Below are positions 24,873-36,789 of a stretch of 64,000 bases of DNA, one piece after another (position 1 is the first letter of the stretch; each line of letters opens with the position of its first letter). The position numbers and the translations under genes were made by a program. The notes beneath the pieces were generated by a model that had not been told where the DNA came from, did not search any database, and worked only from the letters and a program-made list of their open reading frames with translations. Source of the DNA: Novakomyces olei (Eukaryota); contig JADEYG010000003.1 in the NCBI GenBank assembly GCA_016906335.1, positions 310,001-374,000 on the forward strand. Reading direction: 5' to 3'.

Positions 24873-25601
24873 TTAATCGACCCTGCCGTCAGAAGCAAGA
24901 GTACGCAGCATCGTCTCAATAGCGTCTACTCTTGCAACAACGGAGCTGACATCGACTTTTAATGACTGCACTTCGGCATCTAAAGCTGCAACATGTGCAT
25001 CCGTATATTTCTGTGCTCCAGACTGAACTCGGTGTACAAGTTCTTCAATGGCCTCAGTCACAGGATTTTGTGAACCGGATCGGCCTGGACCCCTATGAGC
25101 GTTGCCAAAAGGCACACGCTCAAATCCTTGATCAGCAGTTTCGCCATGCTGATGGAAAACAGATGTTTGAGAAGCGAGTTCACGTGCTTCGTCGCCATTG
25201 GCGTCCGTATATCTCGGTTTCCTTGAAAATCGCTGATCAAAAATAGATCCTAGAGTGAGCGCTTGCTGGTCCACTATATTTAGCCTTGAGGCCGCATCCT
25301 CTTCTGGTCCCAGACGGCTTTGCTTGGCCTAAAATATATTTAGCTTTAATACGTAAATTGCGTCCGTTACCTTTGCTTTAGCAATAAGCTTCTCGCATGT
25401 TCGCATGCACGTCTCCCACACTGGCGCCGGTCCACTGGTAACCTTTGACCCAAACTCTTTCGCAAGATCTTCGTAAAACATCCGCTTGCTTTTGTAGTTT
25501 GTAGCGTCAAGAAGTTGCAATGCGCTTTTCAGCATTGAGTCTACTGAAGCCTCGTCCGCTGACCATCGGCGCTTCTTGTCTGTGAGCGAAGTACGATCCA
25601 T
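24873..25601 (-). CDS. Uncharacterized protein; possible Myb/SANT-like N-terminus and coiled-coil C-terminus
   Basis: Two same-frame ORFs joined by a 42-nt GTAACG..GCTAAA..TAG intron (25370-25329), giving ~228 aa. RRWSADE...FYEDLAKEF...WETCMRTCEKL pattern; heptad C-terminus VAALDAEVQSLKVDVSSVVARVDAIE. Confidence 0.6.
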
Positions 25602-27006
25602 TCCCCAGAAATAAGGCTTCGTCTCCCCCGCTAATACTTTTCCTTTTGATTTTTTAACCCCTTTTTTAGAGAGACCTTCTGTACTTTAGTCCCTTTAAAA
25701 AGATTCTTTCCCGGTTTCAGACAACGCCTTTTTCCCCTCTTTTATGCTCTTTACTTTGAGCAGGCGCGAAACGCGTCGTCGTTTGTTGTCTTTCCCTTAA
25801 TGTTCGTTTTGCTATAAGTGTTTGCTTGGATTTTCAGTAACGCTTCACTTACACGCAATTGACGAAATATTGACAAGTACCGTGACTTAACCGTTACTTG
25901 TGTATTTATATTGAGGTCAGCCAAAATTCCCAAAAGCAAAAGGCGCTAAAACGATAAAAGCTTAAATAGTGCCAACGCTTTGCTTGCACACACAAAAAGC
26001 ATAAAGTGAGAAAGCGAAATTAAGAATAGGGAAAGAGCGCAAGAATAAAACTGGATTAATCGTTCAACTGTGCAGTATTCTAAACCAGTAAACCAAAGAA
26101 TTCTAGGCCGGTGCGTATTGTTCTACAGCACTAATAAACGGAGTGCGAGGCGAACTGAAAACGCGACATTTAAATAGAATATTGGGTCATATTTACAACT
26201 GCTCAGCATGCAGGAGCGGTTGGAAAAAGAAATAGGTAGTAGGGATGTTGGTGTCTTCAAAAAGTGAGACAAAAATAATACTCCAGCGTACATCATTGGC
26301 CAGAAAGAGCTGGACATGATGTAATAAGTTCATGTTTAACCTACTTTTTCGGTCTAGTCGTACACAACGCCGAGTCTACAATGGACAGACTATCTACCAA
26401 AGGAATAATTGAGGTACCTTCAACATTTAACACTTCAATGCCGTCAGCGCTCGCTGCTTAATTTGGCTGATGCGCGATCAGGTTTGATAGCCTTGACGTG
26501 AGGCTACTTTACCGATTTTTGGTACTGAGTGTTAGGCACAAGTGTGCGCGAGTTTTCGCTGTTATAACGTGTATCGTCTAAATACAAGGTTATATCGATA
26601 TTCATATTCATATTCATATATAAACATATATATGGAAATATATATATATATATATATATATATATTACTTGAACATGTCTGAGTATGCCTACTCTGCGAT
26701 GTTCATGTACTATCGTCTATATACATTTCTTGTCACTTTACATTTCTCGTCGATATAAATATATTTTTGCCGATATTTCGCACTCTTAAACAACCGTCAT
26801 AAATGCATTTGAACAAAATCTACAATTTTCAATGGAACTGTGAAATGGACTGCTGTGTAAGAATGAAAATGTTTGATATCATTAATTTTTATACAAATCT
26901 CCTCCACAAATGACTTTTCCCATAATGTTCGAGTAACCCAAAACAAAGTGCCGAAATGACGAACCAGCATCCCCCGCCGGATGCTCAAATCAAACTAGTG
27001 TCCAGT

Positions 27007-28101
27007 TTAAGCTTTGCTGTAGCCATAAGAGCGGGTGACAACGTAGCCCTGGACGGGCTCATTGGCAGTGGCATCCGAGCTGGTGTGCTGGCGGCCATAG
27101 ATCTGGCACTGGGTAGAGAAAGAGTCAGATCCTGGCTGGTTCAGGGAAAAGATATCAAAGAACTGGCAACCGCTCTGGCTGTTGCACTTGTCAGCACAGC
27201 TCTGCGGGATGAACTGATCAAGAGTAAAAGTTGCGAGAATATCGGCAGCGTTATAGATAGCCGTGTTGATAGGACCAAAAGTCTGCTGGTATCCATCGAG
27301 CGTAGGAGGCGCCCAGTTGGGGTTGTACCACGTAACAGAGTCTTGGCCAATGTAAACGTCGCCGTTGCCAGTATTGACACAGGTGTCGGACTGGTGAACG
27401 TCGCTGTACATTGCGCACTTGTAGATAACAGAGCCGTCAGCGCGGTTAATCTCCGTGTACATATTGACAAACTGGCAGCTCTGAGCCCAGTCGTTGTTGC
27501 ACCGGCTGATACAGTCGCAGATATCGAGCGAGTCCAGCTGCTCAAAGGTATTGTACCCGGATCCGCTGACGGCACAGCCGTCTGCCTGCCACGAGTAGTC
27601 CCATCCTGGCTCAGACGAGCAGGTGGGCTCAGTGGGGATTGTGGAAGTCGGGGTCGCTGGGGCAGAGCTCTCTGGGGCAGAGGGGACGGTGGGGGTCGTC
27701 GTGCTCGTTGTTGCCGGAAGGATACACGCCAGAGTAGTGGCCGTCGATGCCGGAGCGGAAGAGGCAGCAGCAGCAGAAGAGGAGGAAGAAGCGTACCACT
27801 GAGTGTGAGGGTTCTTGCAGCCCGGATTGCGCGGCGGCTGAGGTTTGCCCCAGCTGCATTGGCCGCCAGAAGTTCCGTGCGGAGCGTGAGTATTGACAAA
27901 GTGGGGCTGAGGGTTCGGGTACGACCAGCTGCCTTTGCAGCTGGGCAGGAAAGAGCGCAGCCATGGGTCAGAGCAGAGGCTGTTGTACTGCGCGTGGCCC
28001 CACGAATTCCACCACCAGCTGTTGTAGCCGTAAGTGGGGCTCGCAGAGACTTCAGCAGACAGAGCAATTACTGCCGTCAGAGCAGAAACAGGGACAATCA
28101 T
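27007..28101 (-). CDS. Secreted Cys-rich protein with a Ser/Thr/Pro linker and two PAN/apple-like Cys modules
   Basis: Signal peptide MIVPVSALTAVIALSAEVSA; ST-rich stalk; modules CISRC..SCQFVNMY..CAMY and SCADKCNSQSGCQFFDIF..CQIY; C-terminus RSYGYSK. Intronless. Confidence 0.8.
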   Translation of the reverse strand: MIVPVSALTAVIALSAEVSASPTYGYNSWWWNSWGHAQYNSLCSDPWLRSFLPSCKGSWSYPNPQPHFVNTHAPHGTSGGQCSWGKPQPPRNPGCKNPHTQWYASSSSSAAAASSAPASTATTLACILPATTSTTTPTVPSAPESSAPATPTSTIPTEPTCSSEPGWDYSWQADGCAVSGSGYNTFEQLDSLDICDCISRCNNDWAQSCQFVNMYTEINRADGSVIYKCAMYSDVHQSDTCVNTGNGDVYIGQDSVTWYNPNWAPPTLDGYQQTFGPINTAIYNAADILATFTLDQFIPQSCADKCNSQSGCQFFDIFSLNQPGSDSFSTQCQIYGRQHTSSDATANEPVQGYVVTRSYGYSKA

Positions 28102-29012
28102 CGTGGCCTTGTTGGGTTACCCGGATTGGATCAAGAGATGCTGAGAGGGAATTCGAGAGGGAATTGGTCGATAAGGATGATGGGTTCAGTAGTGAGCAGA
28201 GGCCGCCTTTATATAGACGGCTCTCGGGTCCCGGGTGCACACTCATCGTCCAATCCCCGGCCGATCTAATTCGAGACAGTTTCAAAAATGTGTCTCACCA
28301 CTAATATTTTCCTATTTTTTTTTTTTTCGTTTATCCAATCTGGCACGTTTTGTCTCAGGTGCGTATAGTGGGGGTGGGTGCAATTTGTCTTGGGACGTAT
28401 TTGCCCGATCAAGACACGTGTGCGGGCATAATGTGAGACATTACTTGAATAAGGGATGGTCGCCTATTTTCCGGAGCGAATATACACGAACCGTATTACT
28501 GCTGAGCCAATAGCGGAAGGGTACGTGGGGCACGCAAGGGTCCGTGGGCGCGTGCGGCTGCTACTGCCGAACCGTGCGCCTGCGGTAGCGACGACTCCAC
28601 ACCGTACCCGTGCCTGTAGCGAAATATTGTATTATTAGAATTATACAGCCGAATAGAGCTGTTTCACTCAACGCTGCCATTGTGTACCGGTTGTACGGCG
28701 GTCGCAGTAATGCTATGCTTTTATATGTATTCATGAAGGCAGGCTATCATTACACGCAGCACTGAGCTCAGGTCAGAGGCGAATGGGTCTACTGCGCCTA
28801 TGCGCGCATACTCGCGGCACCAAGTCAATCGTACTATTTAACCACAAATTAGTCTATAATTAGCGAGTGGGCACGTAAATCAAAGTTTAGATTAGTATCG
28901 ACCCATTTTGGGATATCTTAAAGCGAGTCTCCAGCCGAAATAATTCAAGGTTAAATCTTATAGGCCCCAGTTCACTGTTAAATAATTGCAATAATCATTG
29001 GCCCTGCCGATC

Positions 29013-29759
29013 TCAATACCGTGTTTGCTGATCCGCCACAGTATCTGTCAAACCAAATAGGCGCGCTTTCTGCACTGGTAAATCGCCGGTTATGTCGGTC
29101 TCGTTTGACTGTGTAGTGCGGAAAAGACTGCACTCGTTCCTTATTGCAGACAGCCGCCCCGTATCCCCAACGGTTGCCATGGTAAACACTCGACATCCCA
29201 CGTTTACCCTGCATTCTGCCGCGCAAGCCGCGGGATCGTAAACGGGCAGTTCGACCGTGGCTATATGGTTCTCGCCTGTTCGCGAATAAACAGTCCTGCT
29301 GTACTTTTGCAGTGCGTGATACTTTAGTATATAATCTTGCTCCGGCGGCAAATGCTGCGTGAGACCCACACTTTGCTCAATTCTTTCCTTGCCGTCTCCC
29401 CAATTCGTACATAAAGCTGCTGGAAGGCGGTCACGCGCATACAGAGCATAATTCCAGGCACCAGTCGTATTTTCTAGCGTCGAGTAATAAATGTTAAGCG
29501 AGCGACAGCGGCTGCCGAGCTGGGCGCAGTGTGCTAACGCCAAATCATTTATAGCACCCTGCTCCGTTTCGTTCACACGCTCAAATGTCAAGTAGCTCGG
29601 ATCAATTACGGTACATCCAGCAGTCTCCCACTCGACAAAATAGGGAGATGTCGTGTTTGAGCTGTTTGAGCTATTTGAGCTGTTGATTGCTGTTGCTGTA
29701 CCTGCAACGAGCAGTAACAGCAAAGCTGTAAAAAATACACGTGGAGCAGCTTGCAACAT
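29013..29759 (-). CDS. Secreted Cys-rich protein, diverged paralog of 27007-28101
   Basis: Signal peptide FFTALLLLLVAGTATA and N-glycosylation sequons. WETAGCTV..YLTFE aligns to WQADGCAV..YNTFE, and YDPAACAAECRVNVGCRVF aligns to FIPQSCADKCNSQSGCQFF. Confidence 0.75.
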   Translation of the reverse strand: MLQAAPRVFFTALLLLLVAGTATAINSSNSSNSSNTTSPYFVEWETAGCTVIDPSYLTFERVNETEQGAINDLALAHCAQLGSRCRSLNIYYSTLENTTGAWNYALYARDRLPAALCTNWGDGKERIEQSVGLTQHLPPEQDYILKYHALQKYSRTVYSRTGENHIATVELPVYDPAACAAECRVNVGCRVFTMATVGDTGRLSAIRNECSLFRTTQSNETDITGDLPVQKARLFGLTDTVADQQTRY

Positions 29760-30226
29760 TCTGTGCTGGCAGAATTTTGGTACCGCGACACACGGTTAAT
29801 ATACTTTTGCCCATTGCCTTTTAAATTTTCCAATTGGCCTACTAAACGAAGGGAAATACGCTGCCTTTGCGTTTGAGAGCAATCCTGATCGTATGCGAAG
29901 GCGGTTCCTTAATTTCGCATTCACGTGAATTGCAGCTGTATTTATTTAATAATATGTACTGCCGACTCTTAATTTTTGCACCAGACTTTGACAGAATCAG
30001 CGCGGTAAAAACCTACAAGCAATTTAAAATCAAGCAGTTTAGAAACAAGTACTTCAAAAATTTAATACTCATAATAATGATCTATTACGGAGAGAGGGAA
30101 TAAGCACGTGTTAGATATATGTACACTGTATTTGCATAATCCTATTAATGACAATAACGTAATAATAATCACAAAATTGTGTGGTAACTATATACAAGAA
30201 CGCTTAAAGATAAGAAATCTCGTCGA

Positions 30227-31699
30227 TCAGTCAGTCTGCTGAAACATTTTGACCGATTGAATGACCATTCCCCGATCAAAGTCGTCTTCAGGCCATGTCG
30301 GGTACCAATTGCTTCGTGCATTCCAGAAATCTTTGGCTGCAGTCCGTGAACTATCGACCCAAGGCTTTCCACCCTGGCCGTCGGGGAACCAGCCGTTTGT
30401 ACCTCCAACATCAACATTCAAAATCAGATAAAATTCCTGGTCAAATGGAGTGCTGTGAGCGCTTGTCTGTGACCACGGGTCGACCAGTGTGGTAGCGTTG
30501 GAGCTGGCAGCTGGGAAGTCTCCGCGTTCCCAAAAGTTCTTTCGAAAAGGCGTATAAAAGATCTGCATCAGACGGTTGTCCAGGTAGGTATAGAGGTAGT
30601 TTTGGCTCCACTCCAGACCAAAAGTATGGAACTCCTGTGAAAAGTCCTTGTACTCTCCCAGCATGCTGCTCTGTGTCCTATAGTACCGGTCGAAATCGGG
30701 AGTAGGTCCCCAATGCAGAGTGCTCGTGACTTGATTACGGCCCTTTTTGTGTCCCAAGTACGTGTGGTTGTTGCCCACGGACTCTGCAATATCGATTTCT
30801 CCACTGGCCGGCCAAGCTCCATACACATTGTCCTTTGGCATCATCCAAATTGCTGGCCAAAGCCAATCTCCACGAGGCATTTTCGCACGAACTTCAACGC
30901 GACCATACTTGATTGTCTGCTTTGTGATGAGACGCGCAGAACGAACAGGCGGGAGAATGACTCCAGTAGTTGAGTTGGAAGTAACCACACATGCTTGCTT
31001 CGACGATCCTGTGCAAGTGCCGTCGCGCGTAAGATTCACAGTATAGCCATTGGTTAATTGAGCCTCGGAAAGCGTATCCGTAGTCAGCGTCGGGACAATG
31101 TACAGCTGCCCGTCGCGCACGTAAGCATTGCGGTCTGATTTAGAGCACCAATCAAAAACACCATTGCCGAAACCGCCAACTTGCTCCTCCCAGTCCCATA
31201 CTTCCGGGTCAATTGAGTCAAAGGAATCAATGCTGAGGACTTGTTCGTAAGTGTGACGAGGGACCTCTGCGTAGCCGCGCCATGAAAGAATACCGATTAA
31301 AATAATGCCAAGACCGAGAGCGACGTGCATCATTATTGCCGGGATTAAAGTGCGTCTTTTAGAGCTCTTATCACTCAACCAGGGTTTTTCGACTGGGCCA
31401 GTAAGGCGGTTTGACTTGTAGACATAGCGGCGACGGCCCAGGCCACCTGAGCTGCTCAGTGTATTAGAGCTGTTTGTCGTTAGCATTGGCCGCTTTTCCC
31501 TGGCGGCAGCAGAGGAGTGTAAAGGCAGCGTTCGAGATGGCAGATCGCTGCTGCTGGAATGAGAAGAAATTAAAACAGACGAGGGCGATGGCACTGATGA
31601 AGAGGCAGAGGGGGAAGAAGTGCCTGCTGGCTCCCTGTACTGGCTATCCGCGTCGGACTCCATACTGAAACTGTTTGTCTCTTGGATATCAGAGTTCAT
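30227..31699 (-). CDS. Membrane-anchored glycoside hydrolase family 16 (beta-1,3-glucanase/glucan-binding-protein type)
   Basis: Ser-rich cytosolic N-terminus and a single TM (VALGLGIILIGIL). YGRVEVRAKMPRGDWLWPAIWMMP, catalytic GEIDIAES (ExDxxE), FHTFGLEW and PFDQEFYLILN. Start taken at ATG 31699. Confidence 0.92.
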   Translation of the reverse strand: MNSDIQETNSFSMESDADSQYREPAGTSSPSASSSVPSPSSVLISSHSSSSDLPSRTLPLHSSAAAREKRPMLTTNSSNTLSSSGGLGRRRYVYKSNRLTGPVEKPWLSDKSSKRRTLIPAIMMHVALGLGIILIGILSWRGYAEVPRHTYEQVLSIDSFDSIDPEVWDWEEQVGGFGNGVFDWCSKSDRNAYVRDGQLYIVPTLTTDTLSEAQLTNGYTVNLTRDGTCTGSSKQACVVTSNSTTGVILPPVRSARLITKQTIKYGRVEVRAKMPRGDWLWPAIWMMPKDNVYGAWPASGEIDIAESVGNNHTYLGHKKGRNQVTSTLHWGPTPDFDRYYRTQSSMLGEYKDFSQEFHTFGLEWSQNYLYTYLDNRLMQIFYTPFRKNFWERGDFPAASSNATTLVDPWSQTSAHSTPFDQEFYLILNVDVGGTNGWFPDGQGGKPWVDSSRTAAKDFWNARSNWYPTWPEDDFDRGMVIQSVKMFQQTD

Positions 31700-33035
31700 T
31701 GTTTGTTTGTTCCGAGTCTTTGGTTGGCACAAAAAGAGCGGCGAGCCTACTTTTATACTCAATGTGACACCAAGACAGATGGTTTGCCCTCCACCAAGGC
31801 TCAATGATGTACTAACGCCTCTTACTAAACAGTATAATATCATTGTAGCCCTTTGCTGCACCGATAAAAGAAAATTGTCTCTAATATGTCTCATAATCTG
31901 GACCCTTGATTCAGACCCTGAATGTTTCACTATGTGCAGTATAAGACCATCCTAAAGGGGGTGTTGCATACACCGAGTATGCGGTACGTATATATTATTG
32001 TCCAAATCGGGTCATTACTTATAATATGTGAAACATTAACACTCCACCTGTGCCTGACCTTACAAATTTGGGAGAAGCGGACACAAAGATGTGAATTTAA
32101 CGTTGCACCGATGTGCGCAAGCTCCGCTCTGTTATTCTCGTGCAGATATGGTTGGCCGTTCAACGCTCTGCCAATAAGGGCAATGGGGATAACAGGTTCT
32201 TTAATTTTTGATATCCTTATTTTACACTTCATCCTATTTTGAGAAGTATAATCTCGACTCTACTATTTTTGCATTGGCAATCTCGCCTATACTCTCTTTT
32301 GCCTTTTCCGTCAGACGTTAGTTTTAGCTCGGGCCTTCAACATTGCGAGTGGCTTTTATTGAAAGATCCTCTTTTGAATAAATCTGCAATCTGTCGACGA
32401 GCCGCCGTCTAGATAACGCGCTTCTATTTTCGTTTCTGTGAATGCGATTGGTGCGCACAATCTCTCAAGCCTATTGCTCTTCTTGTTCTTCCATCAATTA
32501 TCAAGCGTGAGCTTTCATGGAAGCCATGTTGTAATGATAGATCTGTATCGGCACACAAGATGCACCTATGGATGATTTGATAATAGTTTTTTTTTTTTTT
32601 AGATTGAACGTGTTTTTTTTTGTGTGTATACTAAATTTATTACTCTCTTTGACCACAGCAACTGCTGTCGTTCTATTATTTAACTATGAATTTCAATTGT
32701 GCAACCTAATCAATATACTCAAAATAATTCCTTTTCTTTTATAACGATAAATATGCGCACATGACAAAAATAAACGTTTGTATTCTTAGTCTCTCTTCGA
32801 GATTTCCCTCGATATTGTTAAATAAATTAAAAAAGAAGGCTGCCGTAACGTAAACACTAGAGACCTAATAATAGACCACGCGTCAATTCTCCCATTGTCA
32901 TCGACAGATACATTTAACCAAGAGATGAAGCGACATATTTGAAAAGATAGTTAAAGCTCAATCTCCGTTTACCATTGCCCTTCTTTTGAATCCTTTTAAA
33001 AAAAAAGAAAGATCCAAATAAAAGACGCAATTTGT

Positions 33036-35998
33036 ATGAGCTCCACCCGCCTTAGCCTTCACAGTACGAGCAGCACGGCTTTGCCACATGTCGACTCCTG
33101 GCCAGTCTCGTTCCGATCTCGTTCAGAGTCAGGGACCGAGCGCTATTCTCAATTCCTTGAGGGCCTTGATCGCCATGCGATTGTCATAGAGACAATCTAT
33201 TGGCGAGCAGAAAGGCTCGGCTTTATTGGGCCCCATGGATCTGCGTTTGGTGCCGTTTGTCTCCGAATAAGCAAGGATTGTTACCTTGTTTACCCCGATA
33301 ACAATAATACAGCAACAGCTAGGAATGAGTTTCGCAATGCAGTCGTCCATTTGTGCGCAGAGGCAGCTCTTCTCATAGAGTCAGCAGCAATAAGTGCAGT
33401 TCTTGCTCGTTGCCGAAGCATGAGCCTTGATACTGTGCCTATCGGCAATGATATGCAAATCCAGATCCTGGATTCTATGCATGATCTCGCAGCAGCAAGA
33501 CCCAGTCAAAATTGTGCGTTTGTTCTAGAGGACAACTGCCTTATTGTGTGGACCGACGATCCAATGACACTGATTAGAGATGCAGAGCAAATGGCCACCA
33601 AAATTCTGGATGTTGTATGGAACGGAGGGGAAAGTGTGCTTAAACGTGCTGCAATCATGGAAACAATGGATGAAAAATCGGCAATTATATCCATAAAAGC
33701 AAAAAGCTCAGCCGTCAATAGTTCAACAGCAACAAAAGGGGATAAAGATGATCAAAATGGAGAAAATGCAACAAACAAACCAGGAAATGATAGAAGAAGA
33801 CGGTGCCTGCTTATCCCACTAGCAACCAGCCTTTCCGTAATGCTGGTAATGACAATGATAGGCATGTTTTCCAAAATTGTTTTGCAGCAATTCTTAGTAG
33901 ATCGAAACTATTACCGGTTCATATTGTTTGCCGTTGTTCCCCACACGGTTTTTTTCACAATGTTCTTCGCAAATTGCTGTGTTACAAATATTTTCACCCT
34001 GATCGGGCCCATTAGCAACGCTAAAAAAAACTCTTTATACTATTCTTACGAGGTCCCACCACGAATGGAGGGCGATTTGCCTCGTATAACGATTCAGTGC
34101 CCTGTTTATAAGGAGAGTCTTTCGGGTGTGATTGATCCGACTGTCAAATCTCTGCGCAGGGCGATCAGGACTTATGAGTTGCAAGGGGGATCTGCCTCTA
34201 TCTTTGTCAATGACGATGGGATGCAGCTGCTTGATCCAGAGAGCCAAGATATTCGCAAACAATATTATCGAGACAATAATATCGGGTGGGTCGCCAGGCC
34301 TCCACACGGCCACGACGGGTACGTTCGAGCGGGGCGCTTTAAAAAAGCGAGCAATATGAATTTTTGCTTAAATGTTTCTGTGCAACTGGAGAAAAAATTA
34401 AACAAGGCCGAGCGCAACGCGTCCTGGACGGTCGATGACGAAAAGCAATTGTACCATACAACTCTTGAACAGATCTGCGCTCAAGACAAACGCGTCTGGG
34501 CAGGTGGGAATATTCGCGTAGGTGAGATTATTCTGCTTATTGATTCCGATACTCGAGTGCCGGAGGATTGCTTGTTGGATGCGGCTAGCGAGTTCCACGC
34601 TAGTCCGGAACTCGGTATTCTCCAGCATTCGTCCGGAGTAATGCATATAACAAACGATTACTGGGAAAGACTGATCGGCTTCTTCACAGAGCTCGTTTAT
34701 CATGCTGTTCGTATTGTGACTGCCAGCGGTGACGTAGCCCCCTTTGTAGGCCATAACGCGTTTCTGCGTTGGGCTGCAGTACAGGAAGCAGCCGTTACTC
34801 GGCAATCCAAAAAAAGCATCAAAAAGAAAATTCGGGATGAAGAAGCCGGGAAAGACGGATCTGATTTTGTCCTGTACTGGAGCGAATCCCACGTTTCTGA
34901 AGACTTTGAGCTCTCCCTAAATATGCATCAGTTGGGATACGTGTTACGATACGCCGTTTATTCTCACGGGTTCCTTGAAGGCGTTTCTCTCCGCATTTAT
35001 GATGAGATCGGCCGTTGGGAAAAGTATGCTTTCGGGTGCAGTGAGCTCATGTTCCATCCTCTGTACAAATGGCCCTTGCGCGGACCATTCACGCCCTTAT
35101 TTCGAAGGCTGCTGTGGTCGAAATTACCGGGTTACAGTAAATGGAACACTTTAGCCTACGTCGGCACCTACTACGCTTTTGGTAGTTCCTGGATCATGAC
35201 AATAGCAAATTTTTATTTGCAAGGATGGTACGGTACCTTCCTCGATAAGTCGTACCTCGACTCATGGCGTCTTATGCTGTCTGTGCTAGTGGTGTTTGGC
35301 GCACTTACAACGATTACCACAGCATTGGCAATGTTTAGACTCGGTCACAAATCTTTCGTTCGTGCTTTTACCCAGTTTTTTTGGTACATGATCCCTCTGT
35401 TGATCTTCTTCACGGGTCTGTCGTATCACGTGAGCATGTCTTTGCTTGCACACTTGTTTAGTGTACGCGTAGAATGGGCCATGACGTAAGTACAACACAC
35501 ATTTTACATTTTTTTTCGTCTATCACATGTTTTACCACATTATTACTTGCATAGGCCATATTATGTGTCATGTGGATGTGTCGTATTTATGTGTCATATT
35601 CAATGTCTTGGCTGTCAGATTAGCTATCGTATTATGTTTTGGTATTGTGTGCTTTTATCTCTACCCTTGTTGATACTGACGGTGGCAGGGAGAAAGAGTT
35701 GAGAGCAACCAATTTCTTCAGAGAACTTTGGCTTGTATTGTGCAAGTACAAATGCATGTATGCTATTATAATATTAGCACTCGTCGCATCTATAATTGTG
35801 CAAACTCCAATCGTCCCATACCACTGGCAGATTACGAATTTCCCTGCGTCGTTCGTGCTTTATTGGGTGTTGGCTTGCCACGCTGCTGTTCCAATTCTGC
35901 TGAACCCTAGTATCATGGTATGCTACTTCCGTTTAATCTTTCATGCTTCGTGTTTTGGAATTCATCACATTGCCTTTTGTTTATCCAGAATCTGTTGA
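33036..35998 (+). CDS. Processive multi-membrane glycosyltransferase family 2, copy 1
   Basis: QCPVYKE, NDDG, KKASNMN, DSD, HVSEDF and EIGRW motifs, 2 N-terminal TMs and multiple C-terminal TMs. Intron 35486-35688 restores EKELRATNFF, matching the paralogs. Extreme 3' end uncertain (possible GTATGC donor at 35918). Confidence 0.88.
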
Positions 35999-36789
35999 CT
36001 GCTGCTATTTTTGACTCCTTTCTCACATCGCCCCATAAAATCCCGTTGTAAATAGGGTTCTCGTTGCTTTAGACCGTTCTTGTCGATTGTTTTAATCTCG
36101 ATTCCCTCTTCCCGTCTGTGTAATATTAGTTTCCGTTATGGGTCCCTTTTTACTCTTTCGAGGTAATCGTGATTGACACTTGACAAAAGCGCTTGGACGC
36201 CAAGTCCATGTGCTCAAGAGACCTTGCTTTTTTGCATTTATCTGATTTCCGTTTACCGGCGTGGCTTTCGTCTCCAAACCCACGCCGGAAACGGGCTTCT
36301 GTGTAAAAGTGCTTATTTGCTTCCATCTTGTGTCCCTGTCACGCTCACGTTTCCATTTCCGATCTCCATTGCCCTTTTCTCTTCCATTACTGTGTCTCAT
36401 GTTCTTGCCTTATCTTTCTTAATTTAAGCCTTCGGATTTCATTCGTTCCCTTTACCCTTTGTGTTGTTCATGTATCTCCGATTATGCGGTAACACGGCTT
36501 TGTGGAGCGCCACTTGCTGAATACTGAGAGCCTATATTACTTGTTTTTATAAATTGTCATGATAAGCTAACCATAACGTTAAATAATTAGAAATTTTCAT
36601 TTTAGCGTCATTTGTCTTTCCGTTTTGGGATGACATATCGCCTTCTATTCCTAATTCGAAACACGGTACATCAGGTCACGTGAATTTGAGACATGCTCTA
36701 GATTATGATAGTAATAGACAGAATTATAAAACTTGAACTCTTGTCTCTTTGAACGATCTACATCCATCTTGCTCTGTCTACAGCTCACA

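Noticed and set aside
25329-25370. In-frame TAG suggesting a pseudogene or readthrough
   Set aside because: The TAG is the acceptor of a 42-nt GT..AG intron.
26956-28269. 437-aa plus-strand ORF and 308-aa alternative-frame ORF
   Set aside because: They are antisense or shifted shadows of the GC-rich secreted-protein gene 27007-28101.
31700-31930. N-terminal extensions in the ORF track (GH16; likewise P450 49917-50105, HAD 10585-10726 and TF 59060-59235)
   Set aside because: They arise from non-ATG starts or read-through into UTRs and introns; spliced or ATG-start models fit the families better.
35486-35688. Premature stop truncating GT2 copy 1
   Set aside because: The stop lies within a GTAAGT donor, and splicing restores homology to the paralogs.
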